From contig NC_092372.1 in NCBI RefSeq assembly GCF_030028105.1, positions 58,346,034-58,410,033 on the forward strand: 64,000 nt of DNA. Direction: 5' to 3'. Shown piece by piece: positions 1-10,300 of this stretch. This DNA comes from Mobula birostris (lineage: Eukaryota). The notes beneath the pieces are model-generated. The model worked only from the letters and a program-made list of their open reading frames with translations. It had not been told where the DNA came from and did no database searches. The position numbers and the translations under genes were made by a program. Position 1 is the first letter of the stretch. Every line of letters begins with the position of its first letter.

Positions 1-459
1 ATGGACGTGATATAGTCACCGCTGTCCTTTGACTGCAGCAAAGGGTTTTATGGGTGGCTGGAAGTACGTCATTACAATAAGATTTAATTATCTCTTATTG
101 ATTGGGTGTCCCAATCCTGTACATGCTGATGGTGATTAGCAGTATGTGACCCCTTGAAATAGAGCTGCCTTGCCCTTTTGCTCCGGTAGGTGTTGCTGCT
201 GAGGCTGGCTGTGCGCATGCGTCGGACTGTCGCGTCCCGATTTCCACGATGGCCGATCGGGTCTCAGGTGAAAGCCAGCCTGTTGATTTTTGGTGAATGA
301 GCAATTTTATAAGAATAACCCTGATCTTAGCCTGCATTCTGTAAGTTAGTACATTTTAATTCGATTTAGCCATAAAAAGTGCCACTGTAATGCAACGTTT
401 GCGTTAATTGGAGGTCACAAACAGACAGACAGAGCATGAGAGTTTTATTATTATATAGA
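1..459 (-). mobile_element. Possible Helitron-type element 5' end (extends past the left edge)
   Basis: Minus strand begins A|TCTATATAATAATAAAACTCTC followed by a (TCTG)n/TTTG microsatellite; CpG-rich relative to its flank. Confidence 0.45.
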
Positions 460-737
460 TAAATGGCTATCCAAGAGAACAATGGAATGGTCAAAACTGG
501 AGATTTGAAAAAGACATGGTCGTAGGCAAATTTTAGAAGGGGGGCGGGGAGGAAGATAATGCTCTCAGAAAAAAAAAGTCAAATATTGATTTCCATGATT
601 TGGTTCTTCCCAAAACTTAAGTATGATGCATCAGGCTGACAGACAAAATATGGATATAGATGAGAGTACCTCCTTTAATCAGATATCATCCATCAAAAAT
701 ATGCTTCGTGATTTACACACTTAAAGTTTGAAAATAC

Positions 738-821
738 CTGTACTCTTTCTGCTACCCATTCAAAGTTTCTCTTGACTACTTGCATAGCTTCAGGTGTTAC
801 TTCTTTGAGATCACGATAAAC
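738..821 (-). CDS. PAICS: PAICS coding exon 6
   Basis: 84 nt; [28 protein letters not shown]. Confidence 0.96.
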
Positions 822-3800
822 CTAAAAGGCAAAAATACAAACTGAACACAGCACTTCCATAAAAACAAACAAATGTTAGATTGTTTTTTTTTTTAAAAAA
901 AAGTTACTGGTAACATTAAAATACAAACTCAAAGGCAACACTCTTGCAAACTATGTCTGCAGTTAGGAAGCAACTAAAATGAAAGCACTTTATTTTTAAA
1001 TGAAGAAAACAATAGTCAGCTAAATTCCATTTCACTAAAACAATTAAATACAGGAGTTTCAAAAGTTATCATGAGCAAAGCAAAAATCTGAAGAATTTTG
1101 TATTTAAGTTAATGACAACAATGACAGCAAGTTACCAAATACTTCTCTAGTAGGAAGCATTTTTCAATATAAAAATTCATCAACTTCAGTTAGCATTGCA
1201 AATGAATATTTACAATGTTTCAAAGTTACAATGAAGTAGGAAATCTTCAAAAACATCCAATTTTGGTTGTGCTCAAGGATGAGCAGAATGTTGCTTACAA
1301 AAAGGGCATAGTAGGAATCTACACTGCATTCCAACCCTTCAAAATTGTAATCTAGGAGAAATGCTATTCTATTAGAAGACATTGTTGAACTGTATGATTA
1401 ATGAAAAATAAGCTGGTGAGATTGATTTGATTTTATAAAACAAAACCTACAAATGAGGAAATCACCAAAGACTAAAAGTAGTCAGCATAATTATGGCAAT
1501 ATTTATTTTAGCTTTCCTGCAGGCTAGAAGGAGACATACTATACCAATCCAAGAACTCTTTATACCTGTCTTTGCAACAGGTGCCTTAGCCACTGACAAA
1601 ATTTAGGAGCTTTGACCGAGATCATGTTGCGAGAAATTGAGATCTGGGATTTATGCTACACTTCTCAGAGGGTCTTCCCTTCAACTTGGAGTAAAAAATT
1701 TCAAATCTATAGACTAAATACTGACCTGTTTATCCTTTTGCAGGCTTCGATCCCCTAAAGGCCACAATCTCCAGGAGTCGTTGTCAATCACATCAGCAAG
1801 TAAAATCTCCTTGGTAGAAGCACAAACTCCAAATTCCACCTACCAAGAAGAAACTATTAATTAGTTCATGCAAAAAAATACTGCTTGCTTGTTTCATAGG
1901 AAGATAATTACTTACTTTCATATCCACAAGTGTACAGTCTTGAGTTGCCCAGGCCTTCTCCAATATCTCAAACACAGCCAAAGTGGTACGATTCATGATG
2001 TCTACTTCACACCGCTCAATTTGCAGCCCTCCACAGTTAAAATGAGCTTCAATCACTTGTTCTTCGGACCACTGTGGATCATTGTTGGCATCATCCTAAA
2101 AGAAACTTAGAAATTAGTTATTTGACATGAAAATCTCCTAGCATCAACCTTCATTAAACTTTTGTTGCTTTAGTCTAGGCTGACTATAGAACAATCGGAT
2201 CTCTTTATGGTTAGAGGTTCTGACCTTCAGATATTTGCTCTCAGGTAGATGTATTTTTTATCAAAAGGCTCAAAAGACCACAGGCAGTATTGTGATGATC
2301 CTCTGCCCTATTTGATATTTATCCCTCAACCTCACTAGTTACTTCACTTCTTGAGAAACTCACCTGTCAAATATTGGCACTTGGCTTTCCTCCACTACAA
2401 AAATGACAGCACCAATAATTTCATCTTAAAGTCAAATAGTACTGTACAGCACAAATCAGTAGTCTATGCTGCCCACAACCATCTATACTAATCTCATTTA
2501 CCTGCACTTGGTTAGAAGGTTTCTTTGTCTTGGTAATTGAAGTGCTGATCTAGATACTTATTTGACTTGAGTATCTGCCTTCAGGGACTATTCCAAATTC
2601 TAAACATCTTTAGGATGAGGAAAAACTTGTTCCACAGATCCCCTCTAAACCTCCTATCCTTATCCTAATTAGATGCTCTTTAGTCTTAGATATGTCCGTT
2701 ACCTAACCCAGGGCCCTCAGAGTTCTGTATACTTCTACAGGTTTCTCTTCCATTCCAAGGAGAACAAGCAACCAAAATGCTCCATCCCAGGCAACATTCT
2801 AGTATAACCTTCTGCACCCTCTCCAGTTTAATTACATCTTTCCTAGAGAGTGGTCATTTGAACTGTACACAGAACTCTGTGGCCGAAGCACTGCTTTAGA
2901 ATGTTTTTAACTAGACTTTTCCCTTAAGTCTTGGAAACTGCCCTATGTTCCAATCCCCATCTAATGATGGGGAAATCACCTATTTTCTGCTTTTACAACT
3001 TATCTACCACCATTGACTCCTTCAGATTCCTAGACAAAGGCCCCTGTTCTGCCACACTCCCTCGTGCACAACCATTTATTGCGTCATTTGTATTCTCATT
3101 GATTGCACCCTTTTGCACTTAGCAGGATTATATTCCCCCTATTATTGATCATGCATCTTTAAAATATCATAAGCAGCTTCAACCCAACCTGATAACATCA
3201 CTGAGAAAAAAAGTGTCCCTGGAGTCCACCTGTATACTCTATGAAATTTTATAGCGTAGTCAACTTCATTGGTTTATTAAGCCAAAATCAGTTTTAAAAT
3301 TTATTTTAACTGTCAGCTGATAAATACACAGCAAGGTTTGTAGAAAATGGTTCCATGCATCATCTCTACTACAGTTTCTTACGATTCTTTCTAAAATAAC
3401 ATTCCAAGGATGCAAAAGAGACTCAAAAGTTAATTGAAAATACTCTGTGCCTCAGACTTAAACTTACTGGTTAAACGATATTTAATGTTGTATTGCAGAG
3501 ATCATTACAATGTTTTTTTTCCATGCAGCTGGAGAATAAAAAGGACCACCCACATAAAGATTAACGGCAAAAAAAAAGAACAAGAGGAGAAAGTGTTACA
3601 AATACCTTAAAGAACATTTCCATCTTTGGAGGAAAAAACTTAAATCCTTCCTTTACACCGGGATTTCTTTTCAGAAAAGAGCCAGTGGCAACTCTTCTAC
3701 AGACCCACTCAATTGGAATCATGTGACAATTCGCTGCGACAAATGCCGTTTCTCCACACTGCTTCTCAAATGCAGTTTTTATCCCTTTTGAACAACAGAA

Positions 3801-6398
3801 ATAATTAGCATGGTAGCATTGCAATTTGTGCAAATGTTCTACAGCATCTGTGATCATCCATCAGAGTTCAATTCCCACGGCTGTCTACAAGAAGTTTGTA
3901 CATTCTCCCCGTGAGCTTCTTCTGGGTGCTCTAGTTTCTTCATAGATTCAAAAGTAATTTGATTTAGGGTTTATAAGTTGTTGGTGTCAGAGGCATAGCG
4001 ACCTGTGCGGGCTGCCTTCAGTACAATCCTCACATATGTTGGTTATTGATGTAAAAAGCAACACATTTCACTATGCTGCAATTGCCTTATGTGACAAGTA
4101 AAGGCTGGTCTTCAAAAATAAATTCTTCCAAAAAGACTTCAGCAGCAATGCTCTTTGACTCATTTATACAGTTAGAAACAGGTTCCATGGACCATTACTT
4201 TAAACCAACCATAATGCCTGTCGATACCACTCCTACTTTCCTGTATTCATTCCATGTAGCTTTATGCCCTGTTCATTCAAGTAGCAGCCCAAAAACTACT
4301 TAAACATTACTGTTCATGCCCCCAACACCTCCATATGCCGACGAAAATCTACCCCTGCGGACTCCTTATAAACTCCCCCCCCATCCATTTTGAATCTATA
4401 TCCTCTAGTTTTAGAGGCTCCTGCCACGGAAAACAGTTACTGGCGATCTTGCTTAGCCATGCCTTTTAATTTTATACCCTTATTCCCCATCACTTTCCAG
4501 CTTTCTTCACTGCAAGGAAAACAGACCGAGCTGATCCAATTACTCCTGATAACTCAAGATTTGCAATTCAGGCAAACACCCTGTGAATCTTTTCTGCATC
4601 CTCTCATTACCTTTCATGTGCGCTGACCAGAACTCTAAATGAAGCCAAACCAAAGTTTTGTACAACTGTAACAAGGCAACCCAATTCTTGTACTCCCATG
4701 TCTTGGCAGATGAGGCAAACTTATCATATGGATTGTTCATCACCCTATGCATTTTCATTTTCAGGGAACTATCTAATTTTAACAAAAGGTCTCTTCTGTT
4801 CTTACCAGCGTCCTGCAGTAGTCTGAAGACAGACACGGTAGTTTTAGTGGAGATAGCGGCCTTGCCAACCATTTGGTCTTTCCTGGCTGCATTTCCAGCC
4901 GTAATCTGGTCCTTGGATTTGATCAACACTTGTCCTGGACAATCCAGTAGTTCATAGACTTCCTTGGTCTTTCCTTCATTCAGTTTTTTCCCTATTTTAT
5001 GTTCTGAAAAAATGTTTTAACTTCAGATGTTTAAAAAGATCATTGGATGAAACTGAAGAAACAGCCTTACAGACAATAGTCCATTTAACAAGCTGTTGCA
5101 CTTGTCAGACTTACAGGGTTTATGTATCAGGAGGGAAATCAGTGGGTAGGGAAAAGTGCTACTCTTGCCCCTATATCTCTTCCCTCACTACTATTCAGGG
5201 ACCAAAACAATCCATCCAAAACAAAACTTCACCTGTGAGTCTGTCAGAGTCATCTATTGTACTCAGTGCTACCTATGTGGCCTCCTCTACCTCAAAGGAC
5301 CTCTTCTCTGTCTGCAGCAAAAGGCAGGCTCTTCCGATGGCTAGCCATTTCAATTTGACTTCACATTCCCATTCTGGCATATCTATCCAAGGCTTCCCCT
5401 ACTGCCATCATGAGGCAAAACTCCAAATTGAAGAAGCAACACCTTATACTCCATTATGGCAGCCTCCAACCCAATGGCATGAACACCAATTTACCCATCT
5501 TCTGGTAGTCTCTCCCCCCACCTTCCTTCTTTTTCTATTCCCCATTCTGGGTACCCTTCCACCTCACCTCCATGTGGTTTCCCTCTATGGACCACTGACC
5601 TCCAATATTCTTTCTTCAGCCCTTACCACTTCCATCTATTCCCCCTTTACCTGATTTCACCTATCATCTGCCAGTTTGAACTCCTCCCACACCCCCACCT
5701 TCTTATTCTCGTTTCGGACCCTTCCTTTCCAAGCCTGATACAGGGTTCAGTACGAACTGAAGTGTTATTCCCCTCCATCGATACTACCTGACTCGCTGAG
5801 TTTCTCCATCATTTTATTGCATCTGCAGAAGCTTGTGTTTAAAATAGCCAAATCATTTTTTAAAAATTTCAGGCCGGTTAAGTCCTGCACCCTAGAGTCA
5901 CTCTAGCTAGGATTAGTAATAGCTGTTGGTCGAGACCGTTTCCCAGGACAGCCTCAATTTTCATCAAGGTATGCGCCAGAGAGCAGCCCAAGACAACATT
6001 AAAGTTCGCGAAGCTGTTCTCCTCTTGCTTTGCATTTTAACAAAATCTCCTCCCGCAAAATCATGAGAGCTCAGACCACGAGACTCAGACCGCTTCTATC
6101 CCGCTATTATCACTTTTGTACGGACCTCTCAAATGTGAAAAGATAAACTTAATCGCCTAATTTACTTCGTTGTAGTCCTTATACTGTTTTTGCCTACTTG
6201 TACTTTCCCTTTAACCACAACATAATCTGCATTTCCTTTGTTTTTTAACTATCTTTGTTAACCTGTGTATGGCACACAAAGCACAAGCTTCTCTTTGTAC
6301 ATGTGACAATATAGTAACCAATTACCAAAAGGTGGCACATTGCGAAGGAGAAATTATCAAACAGGAAAACTTTTTCATTTACCTTCAATGTTCTCCAT
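738..6398 (-). CDS. PAICS: Bifunctional PAICS (SAICAR synthetase / AIR carboxylase), 5' part; gene continues beyond the left edge
   Basis: Coding exons 6383-6398, 4806-5003, 3606-3784, 1916-2095, 1726-1839, 738-821 splice in frame with GT-AG ends. Product: [25 protein letters not shown]...[14 protein letters not shown]...[21 protein letters not shown]...DDANNDPQW...LVDMKVEFG...[14 protein letters not shown]...[10 protein letters not shown], the vertebrate PAICS SAICAR synthetase domain. Confidence 0.97.
1726..1839 (-). CDS. PAICS: PAICS coding exon 5
   Basis: 114 nt after a 76-nt intron; [38 protein letters not shown]. Confidence 0.97.
1916..2095 (-). CDS. PAICS: PAICS coding exon 4
   Basis: 180 nt; [17 protein letters not shown]...[19 protein letters not shown]. 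Confidence 0.97.
2560..3130 (-). repeat. Degraded CR1 LINE 3' fragment
   Basis: CCATCCCAGGCAACATTCT...CTTCTGCACCCTCTCCAG, as in better-preserved CR1 copies in this window. Confidence 0.6.
3606..3784 (-). CDS. PAICS: PAICS coding exon 3
   Basis: 179 nt; [59 protein letters not shown]. Confidence 0.97.
3855..4105 (+). repeat. V-type tRNA SINE remnant
   Basis: B-box-like GAGTTCAATTCC and conserved core GTTTGTACATTCTCCCCGTG...GGGTGCTC. Confidence 0.6.
4190..4745 (-). repeat. Degraded CR1 LINE 3' fragment
   Basis: Translates to [19 protein letters not shown]...[11 protein letters not shown] (CR1 ORF2 C-terminus). Confidence 0.7.
4806..5003 (-). CDS. PAICS: PAICS coding exon 2
   Basis: 198 nt, ttttcag|AA...G|gtaag; [40 protein letters not shown]. 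Confidence 0.97.
5140..5840 (+). mobile_element. Penelope-like element 3' part (GIY-YIG remnant and tail)
   Basis: [27 protein letters not shown] motif, ASHFN, pyrimidine-rich UTR, degenerate hammerhead near 5734-5760, GCATCTGCAGA end. Confidence 0.75.
6383..6398 (-). CDS. PAICS: PAICS first coding exon (ATG GAG AAC ATT GAA G|gtaaat)
   Basis: 16 coding nt (phase 1) match the 2-nt overhang of the next exon; good Kozak context (aagATGG); acceptor tttcag at 6417 gives exon 6383-6416. Confidence 0.8.
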
Positions 6399-6729
6399 CT
6401 TGCGTAAAATTTACCTCTGAAACATAAAATCAAATAAAAAGTTGTCTACTCGATTTTGCGCGCGCGTTTTGCAACCCACAGAACATTCAGACTTCTTGTT
6501 TACACATTTTAGAATCAAATCGTACAATTACGACAAATGAAAATCCGCAAACACCCGGTCAGCAACCTACAAATAAAGGAGCAGGTCAGGGTTTGTTGAA
6601 AATACAAATAAACGCAGAGGGTAGTCCCACATCGCCATTACCACGTGGAACCGCACCGTCCAAAGGACGCGGTGCGGTGCCCCAGAGGCAGGCAGGCCGG
6701 TAGGCCCTCCCGTCCCCAAGTCGTGTTAC

Positions 6730-6800
6730 CTGCCGATACTCGCCACTGGTCTGCCGGCTCCAACCACCGATCGCCACAAAGGCAGCCGCGGCTTAAATGT
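6730..6800 (-). other. PAICS: Probable non-coding first exon of PAICS (5' boundary approximate)
   Basis: Strong donor CAG|gtaac at 6730/6729 inside the CpG island; matching acceptor upstream of the ATG exon at 6417. Confidence 0.55.
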
Positions 6801-7266
6801 GAGGGGAGGCCGGGGCCCGGGGGGGAGGGCCGCCGCCGCCAATCCGACTTCAGGGAGGAGTTCTGCCAAAAGAAGGGTGGGGGGGGGGAGAAGCGAGAGT
6901 TTCGGGAACAAAAGCAACCTGTGCGGGAAGCGGTTGAAAATAAGGTTGGACGACGTTAGTTTACATTTTTAAAGAAGTTCTGATTCTGGTTCTGAAGTAC
7001 AGTAGCGAAAGTCAGAGTTTCTTTTGCATTCATTTGCGCCGGGGGCTCCTTCGCAGCGCTGGTGCGGTCCAACTTCCGGGGCCGAGCATGTGCCGTCGGG
7101 GCGGGAACAGCCGGCTGACTTCTCTCATAACAGAACTAGCGAGTGGTCGTGTGTTGGTGTGGTTGGGGAAATATATGTGGTTTTTACCCCCCCTTTCCCC
7201 GTAGTTACTGTCAGAGTAGTAGAGGTTCAGAAGGGAGGGAGTTGGGCGAAGTTGTGCGGAGGGGTT

Positions 7267-7394
7267 ATGGAGTTTGAAGAGTCGGGCATCGGTGAGGAGT
7301 GCGGCGTGTTCGGTTGTGTGGCGGCTGGCACGTGGCCGACCCATCTGAACGTCCCGCACGTTATCGCCTTGGGTCTGGTAGCGCTGCAGCACAG
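7267..7394 (+). CDS. PPAT: PPAT exon 1
   Basis: [21 protein letters not shown]...LVALQHR; AG|gtaagt. Confidence 0.97.
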
Positions 7395-10300
7395 GTAAGT
7401 GCCTGGTGCAGACCGAGACCGGGAGCCTCTGCAGAGTCCTCCCCTCATTCTGTAGTTTTACAGTGGGGAAATCGGTGTTTTCCTTTTGTTCCAGTCTTTG
7501 CACAAACTCGTTAAACATTGCAGCTGTTGGAGATCTGAAACCAAACCAGAAAATGCAAGGCTGGGCAATTCATCAGGTGGCACGTGGAGGCAGAGAAACT
7601 TTTCAAGCCTTAAGACCTTCCGGCTGATCTCCTTGACGAGACTATTTAGATATATGGGGCGGGTAGTATAATTTTTTTCGTGTTATGTCTTTTAACTGCA
7701 AAAGCAGACCAACGCATGTGCTGAAATTCGATCACAAGCAAATCCAACAACATCTGTGGAGAGAGGAATAGAGCTACTGTAATGTTACCGCTGGACTATT
7801 TTGACATTATTGATTCCGGGGGGAAAAAAATTCACTGGCACCATTTGCAAACTGAATGGTTTGCTCAGTGAAAATCAGCTTCTTATAAACTTTTTGCACA
7901 TTTGTCAGTGCAGTAGTGATATTCAATATTTACAGTAAAATGCATTAAAACATCATTTTGGCCTCTTGGTTGAATCTATTGCAACTAGTTCATAGTGTTA
8001 AATGCAACAAAGTTAATAGCTTCAAGCATCGTTTTCCTGCCCTATCCCTACATCCTTTAATTAACTGAACTACAGATGGGAGAGTTTTATTAAGTTAGTG
8101 CGTCGCATTTTCATACACTTGCAGTGCCAGTCCTGTGCATAAAAGAAAGTTGCATTCCTGTGTTTGGATGAAGTTTTTTCCTTACTATTTTATTAGTTAA
8201 TTTTTATAAAATTAACTAATTTTATGGTCTATTTTCCAGAGCAATGTTCTGACCACATGTATTAGCTTCCGCCAATGTAATCTAGTTATTGATCATGTGG
8301 AACATACACACCATTCCAACCAAACATTTCTCTGCACGCAAGCTTTCTCTTACACATATATCTTATTTATCCTTATATATTCTTTTGTTCTTTATTTCAT
8401 TCATTAACGGGATTTATGTCTCGCACAAAGGACAGTTGTTATGGTTGCTGGATGTTTCATGCAGCAAGATCTAGACAACATGCAAGCAAGGGCCAAGTAG
8501 TAAGTAACAGGCATCCCTCAAAGGTGCTAGACAGTGACCATCTCCAAAAAAAACACCTACCTTCAAAGTTCCGAGTAAGTTTATTGTCAAAGTACAGATA
8601 TGTCAGCATATACAACCCTGTGATGCATTTTCTTGTGGGCATACTCAATAGGCCTAATAACTAAAATCAATGAAACGGCAGACCAGCCAGGGTATAAAAG
8701 ATGACAAATTATGCAAAAACAAAAAGAGAAATAAATAGCAATAATTATTGAAAACATGAGATGAAGAGTCCTTGAAAGTTAATCTATGGGTTGTGGCAAC
8801 AGTGAAGTAATGAGGCAAGTGAAGTGATTTACTCTGCTTTAACAGTATTTACTACTAAATTGTTCACTGAATTGTCTTGAGTGCCATCTTTCTCTCAAAG
8901 CTCAACTAGATCAGCTGCATAAATACTTAGGCTAAAATAATCAAAAATTACTTGCTTTCTGGTTCCTCGGAACCTATCCAGCATTTAAAAGCCAGAAATC
9001 AAGATCATAGTAGGATTTTCTTCACTTGACTGGTTGAGTACTGTTTCTACAACATGCAGGAAGCTCAGTCCCATCCAGAATAATGAAGCCTGGTTGATTG
9101 TCATTCCAGCGCCATCTTAAATGTTCAATCTCCATCGATGATATTCTGTGGCTACATTAACTTCTACAGTAGCCACTTTATTAGGGACACTTGCTCATTA
9201 ATGCAAATATCTAATCAGCCAAACGCAGCAATTCAATGCGTAAACACATGCAGACATGGTCAAGAGCTTCACTTGTCATTCAGACCAAATACTAGAATAG
9301 GGAAGAAGTGTGATCTAAGTGACTTTGACCATGGAATGATTGTGTCAGAGATGGTATAAAAGTTGCTGGTGAATGCAGCAGGCCAGGCAGCATCTCTAGG
9401 AAGAGGTGCAGTCGACGTTTCAGGCCGAGACCCTTCGTCAGGACTCACCTCTTCCTAGAGATGCTGCCTGGCCTGCTGCATTCACCAGCAACTTTTATGT
9501 GTGTTGCTTGAATTTCCAGCATCTGCAGAATTCCTGTTGTTTGTGTCAGAGATGAGGTGGTTTGAGTATCTCAGAATCTGCTGATCTGGGATTTTCATGC
9601 ACAGCAGTCTCTAGAATTTACGGAGAATTGTGCAAAGAAACATCCAGTGAGCAGCAGTTCTGTGGGCGAGAATGACTTGTTAATGAGAGAGGTCAGAGGT
9701 CAAGATCGACTAGTTCAAACTGGCAGGAAGGTTACAGTAACGCAGGTAACCATGCATTACAACAGTGATGTGTAGAAGAGCATCTCTGTACACACATGTC
9801 GAACCTAGAAGTGGATGGGCTACAGCAACAGAAGACCACAAACGTACACTCAGTGACCACTTTATAGGTACAGTTAGTGAGAGCTTTATCGTCATTGCTG
9901 AGGACAACGATATTGCAATGCTACTTTGTTCAATGCAAAGCAGCATAAAAGCACAATGACTAAATTTAAAATAATGTCTGAGTAATTTAGAGTGATATCT
10001 TGAGTTACAGCAGAATTAAAAAACAAGTAGTTCTAAAATTGAAAGAAACAGTGGCCACACCATTCAAGTGTTGCACATGCCGATGTTATAAAATATAATG
10101 GTTAAACATTAAATAGACTCAAGGGGACACATGAGAGTGTAGTGGTTAGTACAGTGCTTTACAGTACCAGCAATCCTTGTACCAGTTGATCTAGTTGTTC
10201 AATTACTGCACCTGCCTGTAAAGAGTTTGTACATTTTCTGTGTAACTGCGTGGGCTTCCTTTGGGTGCTCCGGTGTCCTCCCACAGTTCAAAGATGTACC

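Larger units (their letters stand above)
6450..7450. promoter_or_regulatory. CpG-island bidirectional promoter of PAICS/PPAT
   Basis: CpG/GC-rich island between divergent ATGs at 6398 and 7267. Motifs: CCACGTGG 6641-6648, CCAAT 6839-6843, GCGGGAA 6923-6929, ACTTCCGG (ETS) 7072-7079, GGGGCGGG 7098-7105. Confidence 0.85.
9167..9872 (+). mobile_element. Internally deleted Tc1-like element interrupted by a Penelope tail
   Basis: End motif CAGTAGCCACTTTATTAGG; Tc1 HTH remnant [15 protein letters not shown]...GLSISE.ADL; same family as 44087-44637. Confidence 0.75.

Noticed and set aside
6586-7627. Overlapping 60-160 aa ORFs around the PAICS/PPAT promoter
   Set aside because: By-products of GC-rich, stop-poor CpG-island sequence; only PPAT exon 1 has recognisable homology.
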